DNA of 35,443 nt, from the NCBI GenBank assembly GCA_023443345.1, contig JAEZUZ010000084.1, positions 1 through 35,443 on the forward strand, written 5' to 3'. Numbering within the stretch: position 1 is the stretch's first letter; every line of letters starts with the position of its first letter. The notes below the pieces were generated by a model. That model worked only from the letters and a program-made list of their open reading frames with translations, did no database searches and was not told the DNA's origin. Source of the stretch: Bacillota bacterium. Lineage in GTDB: Bacteria; Bacillota; Clostridia; Peptostreptococcales; Acidaminobacteraceae. This document shows, one piece after another, positions 1-7,014 of this stretch. The position numbers and the translations under genes are program-made.

Positions 1-1262
1 ATAATAATAGTCCTTATAAGAAAAGGATAAATTCTTTAGATAAGTTTTTGTCTAAACTAGATTTCGTTTGTACTAATGATCAAATAATGGCAATGAAACA
101 GTTAGAGGAAGATCTTATTTCATCAAAGCAGATGCGTAGGTTGCTTCAAGCAGACGTGGGTGCTGGTAAAAGTGTCGTTGGATATTATGGTATTTACTTA
201 ACCAGGCTTGAAAAAAGGCAGTCAGCCTATATAGCTCCTACAGAAGTTTTAGCTAGTCAACAGTACGAAAAGATTAAGAAGTTATTTAAAAAGAATGTAT
301 TCTTTCTTTCAGGAAGTCTAAAAACAAAGGAAAAGAATAAAATTAAATCTGAAATTTTAAACGCAGAAGATGCAATTGTAGTAGGAACCCATGCACTATT
401 TCAAAAGGATGTAGAATTTTTAGATTTAGCATATATAATAACTGATGAGCAGCATAGATTTGGTGTAAAGCAAAGAGAGAAAATGGAAAATAAGGGAGAC
501 TATCCAAATGTCTTAATGCTATCAGCAACACCAATACCTAGAACTCTTTCAATGATACTATATAATCACCTTGATATAACAATAATAAGGGAAAAGCCAG
601 CTACTAGAAAGAAAATCGTAACTAAGTTGTTATCACAATCAGATAGAAATGTTGCATATTCACACATTAAAAAAGAAATAGAAAATAATAGAAATATTTT
701 TATTGTATATCCTTTTATTGAAGATAATCCAGAATTAGATGTTCAAAGTATTGAAAAAAATGCAGCTGAATTAAAGAAAATATTTGGAAAAGAAGTCAGA
801 ATCATACACTCAGGAATTAAGTTAGAAGATAGAGAAAGCATAATGAAGGACTTCTATGATAGAAAATTTCACATACTTGTTGCTACATCTATAATTGAAG
901 TAGGTATAGATATTGAAAATGCAACTATTATAGTTATTGAGAGTGCAGAAAGATTTGGAATAAGTCAACTACATCAGTTAAGAGGTAGAGTTGGAAGAAG
1001 TGATTTACAATCATATTGCTATCTTATAAGTGATAGTCAAAAAGAGAGATTAAAATTATTAGAAGAATCAGAAGATGGTTTCTTTTTATCAGAAGAGGAT
1101 TTAAAATTGAGGGGTCCTGGTGAGATAAGAGGAACAAGGCAACATGGACAAGTTAAATTTAAAAAAGCAGATTTAATACACCATTTTGATATACTTATTG
1201 CAGTACAGGACTACATATTAAAAAATCGTGGAGAAAAAGTTGAGAATAATATCAGGATCTAG
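1..1262 (+). CDS. recG: ATP-dependent DNA helicase RecG, C-terminal helicase half (5' end outside the window)
   Basis: The frame of the 48..1262 ORF stays open back to base 3, so the TTG at 48 is not the real start. Superfamily-2 helicase motifs present: Walker A DVGAGKS, DEQHRFG, SATPIPRT, QLHQLRGRVGR. The context recG-rsmD-coaD is conserved in Firmicutes. Confidence 0.9.
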   Translation, partial: NNSPYKKRINSLDKFLSKLDFVCTNDQIMAMKQLEEDLISSKQMRRLLQADVGAGKSVVGYYGIYLTRLEKRQSAYIAPTEVLASQQYEKIKKLFKKNVFFLSGSLKTKEKNKIKSEILNAEDAIVVGTHALFQKDVEFLDLAYIITDEQHRFGVKQREKMENKGDYPNVLMLSATPIPRTLSMILYNHLDITIIREKPATRKKIVTKLLSQSDRNVAYSHIKKEIENNRNIFIVYPFIEDNPELDVQSIEKNAAELKKIFGKEVRIIHSGIKLEDRESIMKDFYDRKFHILVATSIIEVGIDIENATIIVIESAERFGISQLHQLRGRVGRSDLQSYCYLISDSQKERLKLLEESEDGFFLSEEDLKLRGPGEIRGTRQHGQVKFKKADLIHHFDILIAVQDYILKNRGEKVENNIRI

Positions 1263-1812
1263 AAGAGGATTAAAACTAAACACGCTTGAAGGAAGAAACA
1301 CAAGGCCAACACTTGATAGGATAAAGGAATCACTCTTTAACATGTTAATGCCATATATCAGTGATGCAGTTTGTTGTGATTTATTTGCAGGAAGTGGTGC
1401 TCTCTGTTTAGAATCATTAAGTAGGGGGGCTTCTTATGCATATATGTTTGATGTAAATAAGAAGGCTATAGATATAATTAAGAAAAATATAGAAAAGTGT
1501 AGATTTAACGATCAAACAACTCTTATAAATTATCAACATTTATCTGCAATTGAATACCTTGTAAATAGAAATATAAAATTAGATATTATCTTTCTTGATC
1601 CTCCACATTTTTCTGATTTTGCAGAACAAGCTTTAAATCTCATAGAAAAAAATGAGCTTCTTAGTGATGATGGTGTTATAATAGTAGAGCATCATAAAGA
1701 TGAAAATTTTGATGATCAATATGGACAATTGCTTAGATTTAAAAGCAAAATTTATGGAATTACACAAATAGATTTTTATAGGAGAGACTATGAAAGCAAT
1801 ATATCCAGGTAG
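1240..1812 (+). CDS. rsmD: 16S rRNA (guanine966-N2)-methyltransferase RsmD
   Basis: N-terminus RIISGSRRGLKL, SAM-binding motif DLFAGSGALCLESLSRGA, and FLDPPHF (DPPF/Y) motif. The tracked ORF starts at GTG 1228. The TTG at 1240 sits 6 nt after GGAG (1230-1233) and gives the typical MRIISG N-terminus, so it is preferred. Confidence 0.85.
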   Translation: MRIISGSRRGLKLNTLEGRNTRPTLDRIKESLFNMLMPYISDAVCCDLFAGSGALCLESLSRGASYAYMFDVNKKAIDIIKKNIEKCRFNDQTTLINYQHLSAIEYLVNRNIKLDIIFLDPPHFSDFAEQALNLIEKNELLSDDGVIIVEHHKDENFDDQYGQLLRFKSKIYGITQIDFYRRDYESNISR

Positions 1813-2266
1813 CTTTGATCCACTTACAAATGGTCATTTAGATATAATTGAGAGAGCATCAAAGATATGTGATGAACTATATGTTGCTGTTCTTGTAAAT
1901 AAAAATAAAAAGGGACTATTTACATTAGAGCAAAGAGTAGAGATGATAAAAGGTTCTGTTAAACATTTAAATAATGTGGTTGTTCTATCACACGAAGGTT
2001 TAATCTACGACCTATTTAAAGAGTTAAAAATTCATGTTATAATTAAAGGCGTAAGAAATATGGTTGATTTTGAATATGAGCATCAATTGGATTCAATATT
2101 AAAAAATATTGAACCTAGAGTAGAAACTTTAGTTTTATTTTCTAATTCAAATCATCAACATATAAGTTCAAGCATGGTAAAAGAGATAGCAAGCTTTGGA
2201 GGAAATATTAATGATTTTGTTCCACAAAGTGTAATAAATATGTTTGCAAAAATACAGGAGGAATAA
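1790..2266 (+). CDS. coaD: Phosphopantetheine adenylyltransferase
   Basis: N-terminus MKAIYPGSFDPLTNGHLDIIERA (T/HxGH nucleotidyltransferase motif), about 158 aa. GGAGAG Shine-Dalgarno upstream. Overlaps the rsmD end. Confidence 0.93.
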   Translation: MKAIYPGSFDPLTNGHLDIIERASKICDELYVAVLVNKNKKGLFTLEQRVEMIKGSVKHLNNVVVLSHEGLIYDLFKELKIHVIIKGVRNMVDFEYEHQLDSILKNIEPRVETLVLFSNSNHQHISSSMVKEIASFGGNINDFVPQSVINMFAKIQEE

Positions 2267-2745
2267 TGAGAGTAGTAGAACTAATCGAAGAATTTCAAGA
2301 AAAATTAGATAATAAAGGCAACTTTATGATGACAAATAAAGTTCTTATCGAGAGGGAAGAATTAGAGGAATTATTGACTAACCTTAAGACTTTTCTTCCT
2401 GATGAAGTAAAACAAGCTAAGTGGATTAGAGATGAAAGAGATAAAATTGTTGGTGAGGCTAAAGAACAAGCTAGAGTTACAGTAGAAGAAGCTGAACAAA
2501 AACAACAACAAATGATAAATGAAGCTAAAAGAGAATATGAGACACTTGTAAGTAATACAGAGGTTATGAAAGAAGCTGAATTAAGAGCTAGGAATTTACT
2601 TGAGAATGCAAGACAGGAGTCTGAAAATATTAGAGAAGAATCATATAGATATTCTCAATCTATGTTATTAAAGACAAGACAGGACTATGAAAAGATGCTT
2701 AATGTAATTGAGCAAAATTTAAATGAGCTAGATAGTTTTCTATAA
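2266..2745 (+). CDS. Coiled-coil protein, ATPase subunit b/H-like annotation class; function unknown
   Basis: TAATG stop/start overlap with coaD. The sequence is E/K/Q-rich with heptad-like repeats (LPDEVKQAKWIRDERDKIVGEAKEQA...). It resembles a family of small coiled-coil proteins I recall from Clostridia that are often labelled V-ATPase subunit H-like. No catalytic motif seen. Confidence 0.5.
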   Translation: MRVVELIEEFQEKLDNKGNFMMTNKVLIEREELEELLTNLKTFLPDEVKQAKWIRDERDKIVGEAKEQARVTVEEAEQKQQQMINEAKREYETLVSNTEVMKEAELRARNLLENARQESENIREESYRYSQSMLLKTRQDYEKMLNVIEQNLNELDSFL

Positions 2746-2811
2746 AAGAAGTATTCAAATAAGGATATGATAAAATTATCAATCTAAATACGATAATTAA
2801 AATTAAAATAT

Positions 2812-2856
2812 CACTTAAATTTAGATTAGTTAAATCTGTATTTGGGTGATTTTTTG
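2812..2856 (+). terminator. Putative rho-independent terminator of the recG-coaD-coiled-coil unit
   Basis: Outer stem CACUUAAAU / AUUUGGGUG (9 bp including two G-U pairs). Inner stem AGAUU / AAUCU. Followed by AUUUUUUG. Confidence 0.45.
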
Positions 2857-2954
2857 TTTTCTGTTATATGTAAAGTAAACTTCAAATATTGTGGATGTGG
2901 TAAAGTCAAAAGTTAGAAATGGTATTTGTAAGCGTATTATAAATAATAGGTTAG

Positions 2955-2983
2955 TTGCCACAGATAGTTCAGGTATGTAGATT
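2955..2983 (+). promoter_or_regulatory. Candidate sigma-A promoter for the EEP-family gene
   Basis: TTGCCA (2955-2960), 17-nt spacer, TAGATT (2978-2983). Lies about 60 nt upstream of the GGAG RBS at 3031. Promoter-like strings are common in AT-rich DNA. Confidence 0.3.
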
Positions 2984-3044
2984 TGTATTTTATTTGGAGC
3001 GATTTTGTCAGTCACTCCAAAATTTTTAAAGGAGTTTGAATGTG

Positions 3045-4070
3045 ATGAAATGTAGATGGAAAAGCATTGTTTTTTTAATGATAGTAGCATTCTATATGCT
3101 TATAACTATTACTCATTGCTTTTTTTCAAGAACTAACTTTAATAAGTTTTTATCTACCAAGGTAATATTTGCACACTTTTATTCGTTTACAGTATTATTT
3201 GGATCTGTAATAGTTCTTGTTTCAGTAGTTGCATTAGCGTTGATAGGTTACAAACGTGGCTATAAAAATTTATATTTTTTTCTATGGAGCTTAGTTTTAA
3301 TTACATCTGTGATACTAATTATATTTGGAGTAAATCCAACTAAAAATATTAAAAATATAAATATGCATGAAGGTAATACTATAAAAATAGTTGAATGGAA
3401 TGTTGAAAATAAACTTGAAAGCAAAAGTATTTATAAAATATTTGGTGAATTTGATGCTGATATTGTAGTATTTCCTGAATTAGAAGGATATTATAAAGGA
3501 GATCCGGCTAACAATAGGTTAAAAGAAGTATTTAAATCAATTAATATTGATTATGATAAATATGAAGTATTTACTTCTAAACTCACAAGTGGAAACATTG
3601 CTCCAGTCACTGTTGTTATAAAAAAAAGTTTTTCAAAATATATTGATACAAAACAAAGCTTAATGACTCAATTTGGAACTATATATTTAAAATCAATAGA
3701 TAAAGATATGCCAGATATTATAGGATTACATACAGCTCCGCCGTTACCAGGCTTAATGAGTAATTGGAATAGAGATTTAAATATAATTTCCTCATATATT
3801 GTAAAGAGTAATCCTAAGGCAATAATTCTAGGTGATTTCAATGCAACACTAAGACACGGAGAATTAAATAGTATAACTACACACGAAGATATACTTGATT
3901 ATTTGCCAAGATTTAGACGAGGAACATGGCATTCTATTTTTCCTATATGTATATCAACCTCAATTGATCATATTCTAATACCAAAAGATATTTATCGTGT
4001 AAAAAAGGTAGATGTATTAAAGCTAGGAGAGTCGGATCATAGAGCAATTTTTACTGAAATATCAAAATAA
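3045..4070 (+). CDS. Membrane-anchored endonuclease/exonuclease/phosphatase (EEP) family protein
   Basis: N-terminal roughly 100 aa contain 3-4 hydrophobic helices. EEP motifs follow: VEWNVEN, VVFPELEG, LGDFNATL, GESDHRAIF. The tracked start TTG 3036 is 1 nt from GGAG (3031-3034). GTG 3042 or ATG 3045 are better spaced, so the start is uncertain by 3 codons. Confidence 0.8.
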   Translation: MKCRWKSIVFLMIVAFYMLITITHCFFSRTNFNKFLSTKVIFAHFYSFTVLFGSVIVLVSVVALALIGYKRGYKNLYFFLWSLVLITSVILIIFGVNPTKNIKNINMHEGNTIKIVEWNVENKLESKSIYKIFGEFDADIVVFPELEGYYKGDPANNRLKEVFKSINIDYDKYEVFTSKLTSGNIAPVTVVIKKSFSKYIDTKQSLMTQFGTIYLKSIDKDMPDIIGLHTAPPLPGLMSNWNRDLNIISSYIVKSNPKAIILGDFNATLRHGELNSITTHEDILDYLPRFRRGTWHSIFPICISTSIDHILIPKDIYRVKKVDVLKLGESDHRAIFTEISK

Positions 4071-4302
4071 ATATTTAAAGTTATCCCTTTATGTTTCACA
4101 GACGGTCATTACCCGTAGTAATAAACACTAAAGTCATAGTAGTGAGAAAGTTTCTGTAATAGAAACGGAGGGAAATATTTATAGGGGATAGGGAAAGATA
4201 GAGAAATAGAGCTCGATTTTTCATATGATATTGTAAAGATAGTTGTAAAAAAGAAACAATAAGTCTTATAAATTACGACAAATAAGACATATATAAGATT
4301 AA

Positions 4303-4338
4303 AGGTAGCTACTATAAAATGGTAGCTACCTCTTTTTT
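4303..4338 (+). terminator. Strong rho-independent terminator about 230 nt downstream of the EEP gene stop; possibly bidirectional
   Basis: 10-bp perfect stem AGGTAGCTAC (4303-4312) / GTAGCTACCT (4322-4331), 9-nt loop, then TCTTTTTT. The arms are two copies of the palindrome GTAGCTAC. On the minus strand the hairpin is followed by UUUAAUCUUAUAU, a weaker U tract. Confidence 0.7.
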
Positions 4339-4399
4339 GGAAAAATATTTGAAAAAATTTGTTGACAAATATGATCGAAATCAGTTGTTTGTCGTTTAA

Positions 4400-5845
4400 T
4401 TAATTACTTGAATTAAATGTAGATATTACATCTATTTCATCAATAAATAATTTATTATTTTTAGCTATATTTGAAAATTCAATAGTTATTGAAGAAGTAT
4501 TTTTAAGATTTTCAAAGTTTAAATCAATAAATTGCCAATAGTTATTCAAATATATATATTTTTCGTGTGAATATTCTTTATTATTTAAATAGTATCTTAT
4601 TAGAACTCCTACTGGTTCACTTGAAACTTCACCTTTAATCATGGCATAAAATCCAAGGTATAAATTATTTTCTATATTTATATTATTGATAGAAAACTTA
4701 TTATTTTTTTGAGTAAATTCAAGTGAATATTGTCCTCTAAATGATTCCTCTTTATTTTTATTTACATTGCTAAGTTCAAGGTAGTCAAGCTTTTCATCGC
4801 TCTTGTTAAAGTCTCTGTAGTAGACATTTTGAGAATATACTTCTGATTCTTGATCTTGTTTATCTCTCACTACAAGTTCTACTCTATATCTTCCTTTATC
4901 TTCAACATAGAAATTGAAATTTTTATTATTGGATTCACTTACTTTTTCTGAACCTCTATAAAGTGTCCAATGATGATCTACAATTTCATATTTTTTATTT
5001 TCAGAATAAGATCTATCTATTGCAATATATGAATTTTTTTGTTGAGTTAAGTCAAATTTTGCAATAGGTCTATCTGTAGTTAAAGTTCCAAAACTAAGCG
5101 TAAATGAATATATTATTAGTGTTATATAAGTAATAATAGACAATAAGATTGAAATTTCTAATATAGGAATAAATTTAATTATTTTATTTATAAATTGTTT
5201 TGACCAATTTAATTTTATTTTCTTATCTTGATTAGGGCTCTCTTCTTTTAAAAATTTATCTTTTTCAAATAGTGTACTTATATATATTTTTTTTACATTA
5301 TCAATTATTTCTTCAATTGACGTATCATCATTGCTATCAAATAATTCTCTAAAATACTTTTTAAAGTTTATAAGTGATAGATCATTATCGATAATATCTA
5401 ATATTTCTGAAGATATCAATTTAATTAAATGGTTGTATTTAAGATCAAAATTCATCAACTTTTCATCAAGTACAAGAATTCCTCTGTGAATTAATTTATT
5501 TTGTGAGATATAGAAATTTTCAGATTTCATTAGAGAAATTTGTATAAAAAGAGGAAGAGAAGCAAAGTCTTTAGCCAATTCAAGATATTTATTTATTATT
5601 TCTATTTTTGTTGAAGAACTCAGATTGTCCTTTTCATCTTTTATAGGATTTCCTATAATAACTGGACTATTTAATATTATGCAATCGTCTTGGATTTCGT
5701 ATGAATCAAGATTTGGCAATATTAAATGTATTTTTGATAACTCTAGATTATCTCTAAAAAAAATTGTATTTTTAATATTGTTATTATTCGTTTTTTCTAT
5801 AATTTGGTAAGAGTTTTCAATTAACAATTGGTTTTGATCTTTCAC
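4400..5845 (-). CDS. Single-pass membrane protein: roughly 220-aa cytoplasmic domain of unknown family, one TM helix, PKD-like domain, and a C-terminal jelly-roll (CBM-like) domain
   Basis: Start re-called to GTG 5845: GGAGG (plus-strand cctcc 5852-5856) lies 6 nt upstream. The tracked 577-aa ORF adds 96 aa that overlap the divergent gene start at 5910. TM helix FIPILEISILLSIITYITLIIYSFTLSF (about 5090-5176). PKD-like segment PIAKFDL..IAIDRSYSENKKYEIVDHHWTLYRG..FYVEDKGRYRVELVVRDKQDQES (about 4817-5071). The C-terminal beta-rich domain ends ..LFIDEIDVI, like CBM4_9/22-type modules. Confidence 0.75.
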   Translation of the reverse strand: MKDQNQLLIENSYQIIEKTNNNNIKNTIFFRDNLELSKIHLILPNLDSYEIQDDCIILNSPVIIGNPIKDEKDNLSSSTKIEIINKYLELAKDFASLPLFIQISLMKSENFYISQNKLIHRGILVLDEKLMNFDLKYNHLIKLISSEILDIIDNDLSLINFKKYFRELFDSNDDTSIEEIIDNVKKIYISTLFEKDKFLKEESPNQDKKIKLNWSKQFINKIIKFIPILEISILLSIITYITLIIYSFTLSFGTLTTDRPIAKFDLTQQKNSYIAIDRSYSENKKYEIVDHHWTLYRGSEKVSESNNKNFNFYVEDKGRYRVELVVRDKQDQESEVYSQNVYYRDFNKSDEKLDYLELSNVNKNKEESFRGQYSLEFTQKNNKFSINNINIENNLYLGFYAMIKGEVSSEPVGVLIRYYLNNKEYSHEKYIYLNNYWQFIDLNFENLKNTSSITIEFSNIAKNNKLFIDEIDVISTFNSSN

Positions 5846-5866
5846 GGTATACCTCCGGTAAATCAT

Positions 5867-5895
5867 ATTATATAATAATGATAGAGGAATATAAA
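5867..5895 (-). promoter_or_regulatory. Candidate promoter for the 4400..5845 gene
   Basis: Read on the minus strand: TTTATA (plus 5890-5895), 17 nt, TATAAT (plus 5867-5872), just upstream of the GGAGG RBS. A plus-strand TATAAT (5871-5876) overlaps it, which suggests back-to-back divergent promoters. Confidence 0.25.
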
Positions 5896-5909
5896 GTAAA
5901 AGAGGATAT

Positions 5910-7013
5910 ATGTTGAAGTTCATACATTTAGCTGACACGCATTTAGGTTTTAAATATAAGTATTTAAATGATAAAAGTTCAAAAATAATAGAGAAACAAA
6001 AAGAAGCTATAAGAATGGTATTTAAATTTGCATTAGATAAAGAGGTTGATGCAATAATACATGCCGGTGATGTATTTGATTTAGATATCAGAAGTGAAGA
6101 TGAATTGATATTTTTAAGATCAGAAATGTACAAACTTTCAGAAAAAAATATTAAATTCTTCTTTGTAACAGGAAATCACGACCCAAAAGGAATAGAGCTA
6201 TTTAATGATTTAGAAAATGTATATCAATTCAATATTAGTCAAGCCACTACTTATGAAATGCAAGATTATACAGTTACAGGTATTTCTCAAAAGTTAAGGG
6301 ATGAGAGAGATCCTATGCAACTTATAAGTAAAGCTAGTGATAATGGTAAATTCAATATACTTATTTTGCATACAATTCTTAAAGATAAATTTAAAGTAAA
6401 TAATCCACATATGCCTTCAAATTTATCAGATTTAAAAAATTCAGGATATGATTATATTGCGCTTGGTCATGTGCATAAGAGGATGGAATTAAATTCTAAT
6501 CCACCTATAATATATCCTGGTTCTACCTTTGCAAAGACAAAAAAGGAACTAGGAGAGAAGGGATTTTATTATATTACATATGATAATCATATTTTAAATA
6601 AGGAATTTATAAAAGCAAGCGATGTGCAATTTGTAGAAGATAGTGTAGAAGTTACAGATAATTTTAAAAATGAATTATCTCAATTATTCTATAGATATGA
6701 TTCAAACATTTTATTAAATTTAAAAATAATTGCTAGAATAGATGAAAAAAATAAGGAAGATCTATACTCCTATCTTAATTTTTTGAAGTCTCAGGATACG
6801 GTATTTAATTTAGATTATGAAGTTGAAGAAAAATTTTTAATTGATATCAAAGATAATTATTTAATAGAGATTTTAAAAAATGAAGATATAAATAAAGTAT
6901 ATGATTATGTTAAACAATCAGATAATGAATTTTTAAATTCTCTAGGAAAAGAAGAATTTACTCAGAGGTATGAAAAATATTTGGAAGAAATTTATCTCAG
7001 GTTAAGAGGATAA
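5910..7013 (+). CDS. SbcD/Mre11-family metallophosphoesterase (YhaO/SbcF-like DNA repair exonuclease)
   Basis: All calcineurin-like/Mre11 motifs are present in order: HLADTHLG, HAGDVFD, GNHD, ILHT, GHVHK. AGAGGA RBS upstream. Immediately followed by a Rad50-like ATPase, as in sbcCD and yhaON pairs. Confidence 0.85.
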   Translation: MLKFIHLADTHLGFKYKYLNDKSSKIIEKQKEAIRMVFKFALDKEVDAIIHAGDVFDLDIRSEDELIFLRSEMYKLSEKNIKFFFVTGNHDPKGIELFNDLENVYQFNISQATTYEMQDYTVTGISQKLRDERDPMQLISKASDNGKFNILILHTILKDKFKVNNPHMPSNLSDLKNSGYDYIALGHVHKRMELNSNPPIIYPGSTFAKTKKELGEKGFYYITYDNHILNKEFIKASDVQFVEDSVEVTDNFKNELSQLFYRYDSNILLNLKIIARIDEKNKEDLYSYLNFLKSQDTVFNLDYEVEEKFLIDIKDNYLIEILKNEDINKVYDYVKQSDNEFLNSLGKEEFTQRYEKYLEEIYLRLRG

Positions 7014-7014
7014 T

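Noticed and set aside
2926-2940. cre-like sequence TTGTAAGCGTATTAT upstream of the EEP gene promoter (possible CcpA site).
   Set aside because: It mismatches the conserved C in the right half of the WTGNAANCGNWNNCW consensus, and the palindrome is poor. A single weak hit in AT-rich DNA is not enough.
2830-3090. 86-aa minus-strand ORF filling the coaD-operon/EEP intergenic region.
   Set aside because: It starts inside the EEP gene and has no RBS. It runs through the plus-strand terminator and promoter elements, and its peptide has no recognisable features.
4096-4224. 42-aa minus-strand ORF (MKNRALFLYLSLSPINISLRFYY...) and a 22-aa plus-strand ORF (4091-4159) in the structured intergenic region, considered as type I toxin or leader peptides.
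   Set aside because: Neither has a Shine-Dalgarno sequence. The 42-aa peptide is simply the translation of the CU-rich strand. With no clear TM helix plus charged tail architecture, the RNA-level interpretation is kept instead.
5846-6133. N-terminal 96 codons of the tracked 577-aa minus-strand ORF.
   Set aside because: This part overlaps the start of the divergent SbcD-like gene and is low-complexity. It lies upstream of a GGAGG-N6-GTG start at 5845, so I treat it as a non-coding extension of the open frame.
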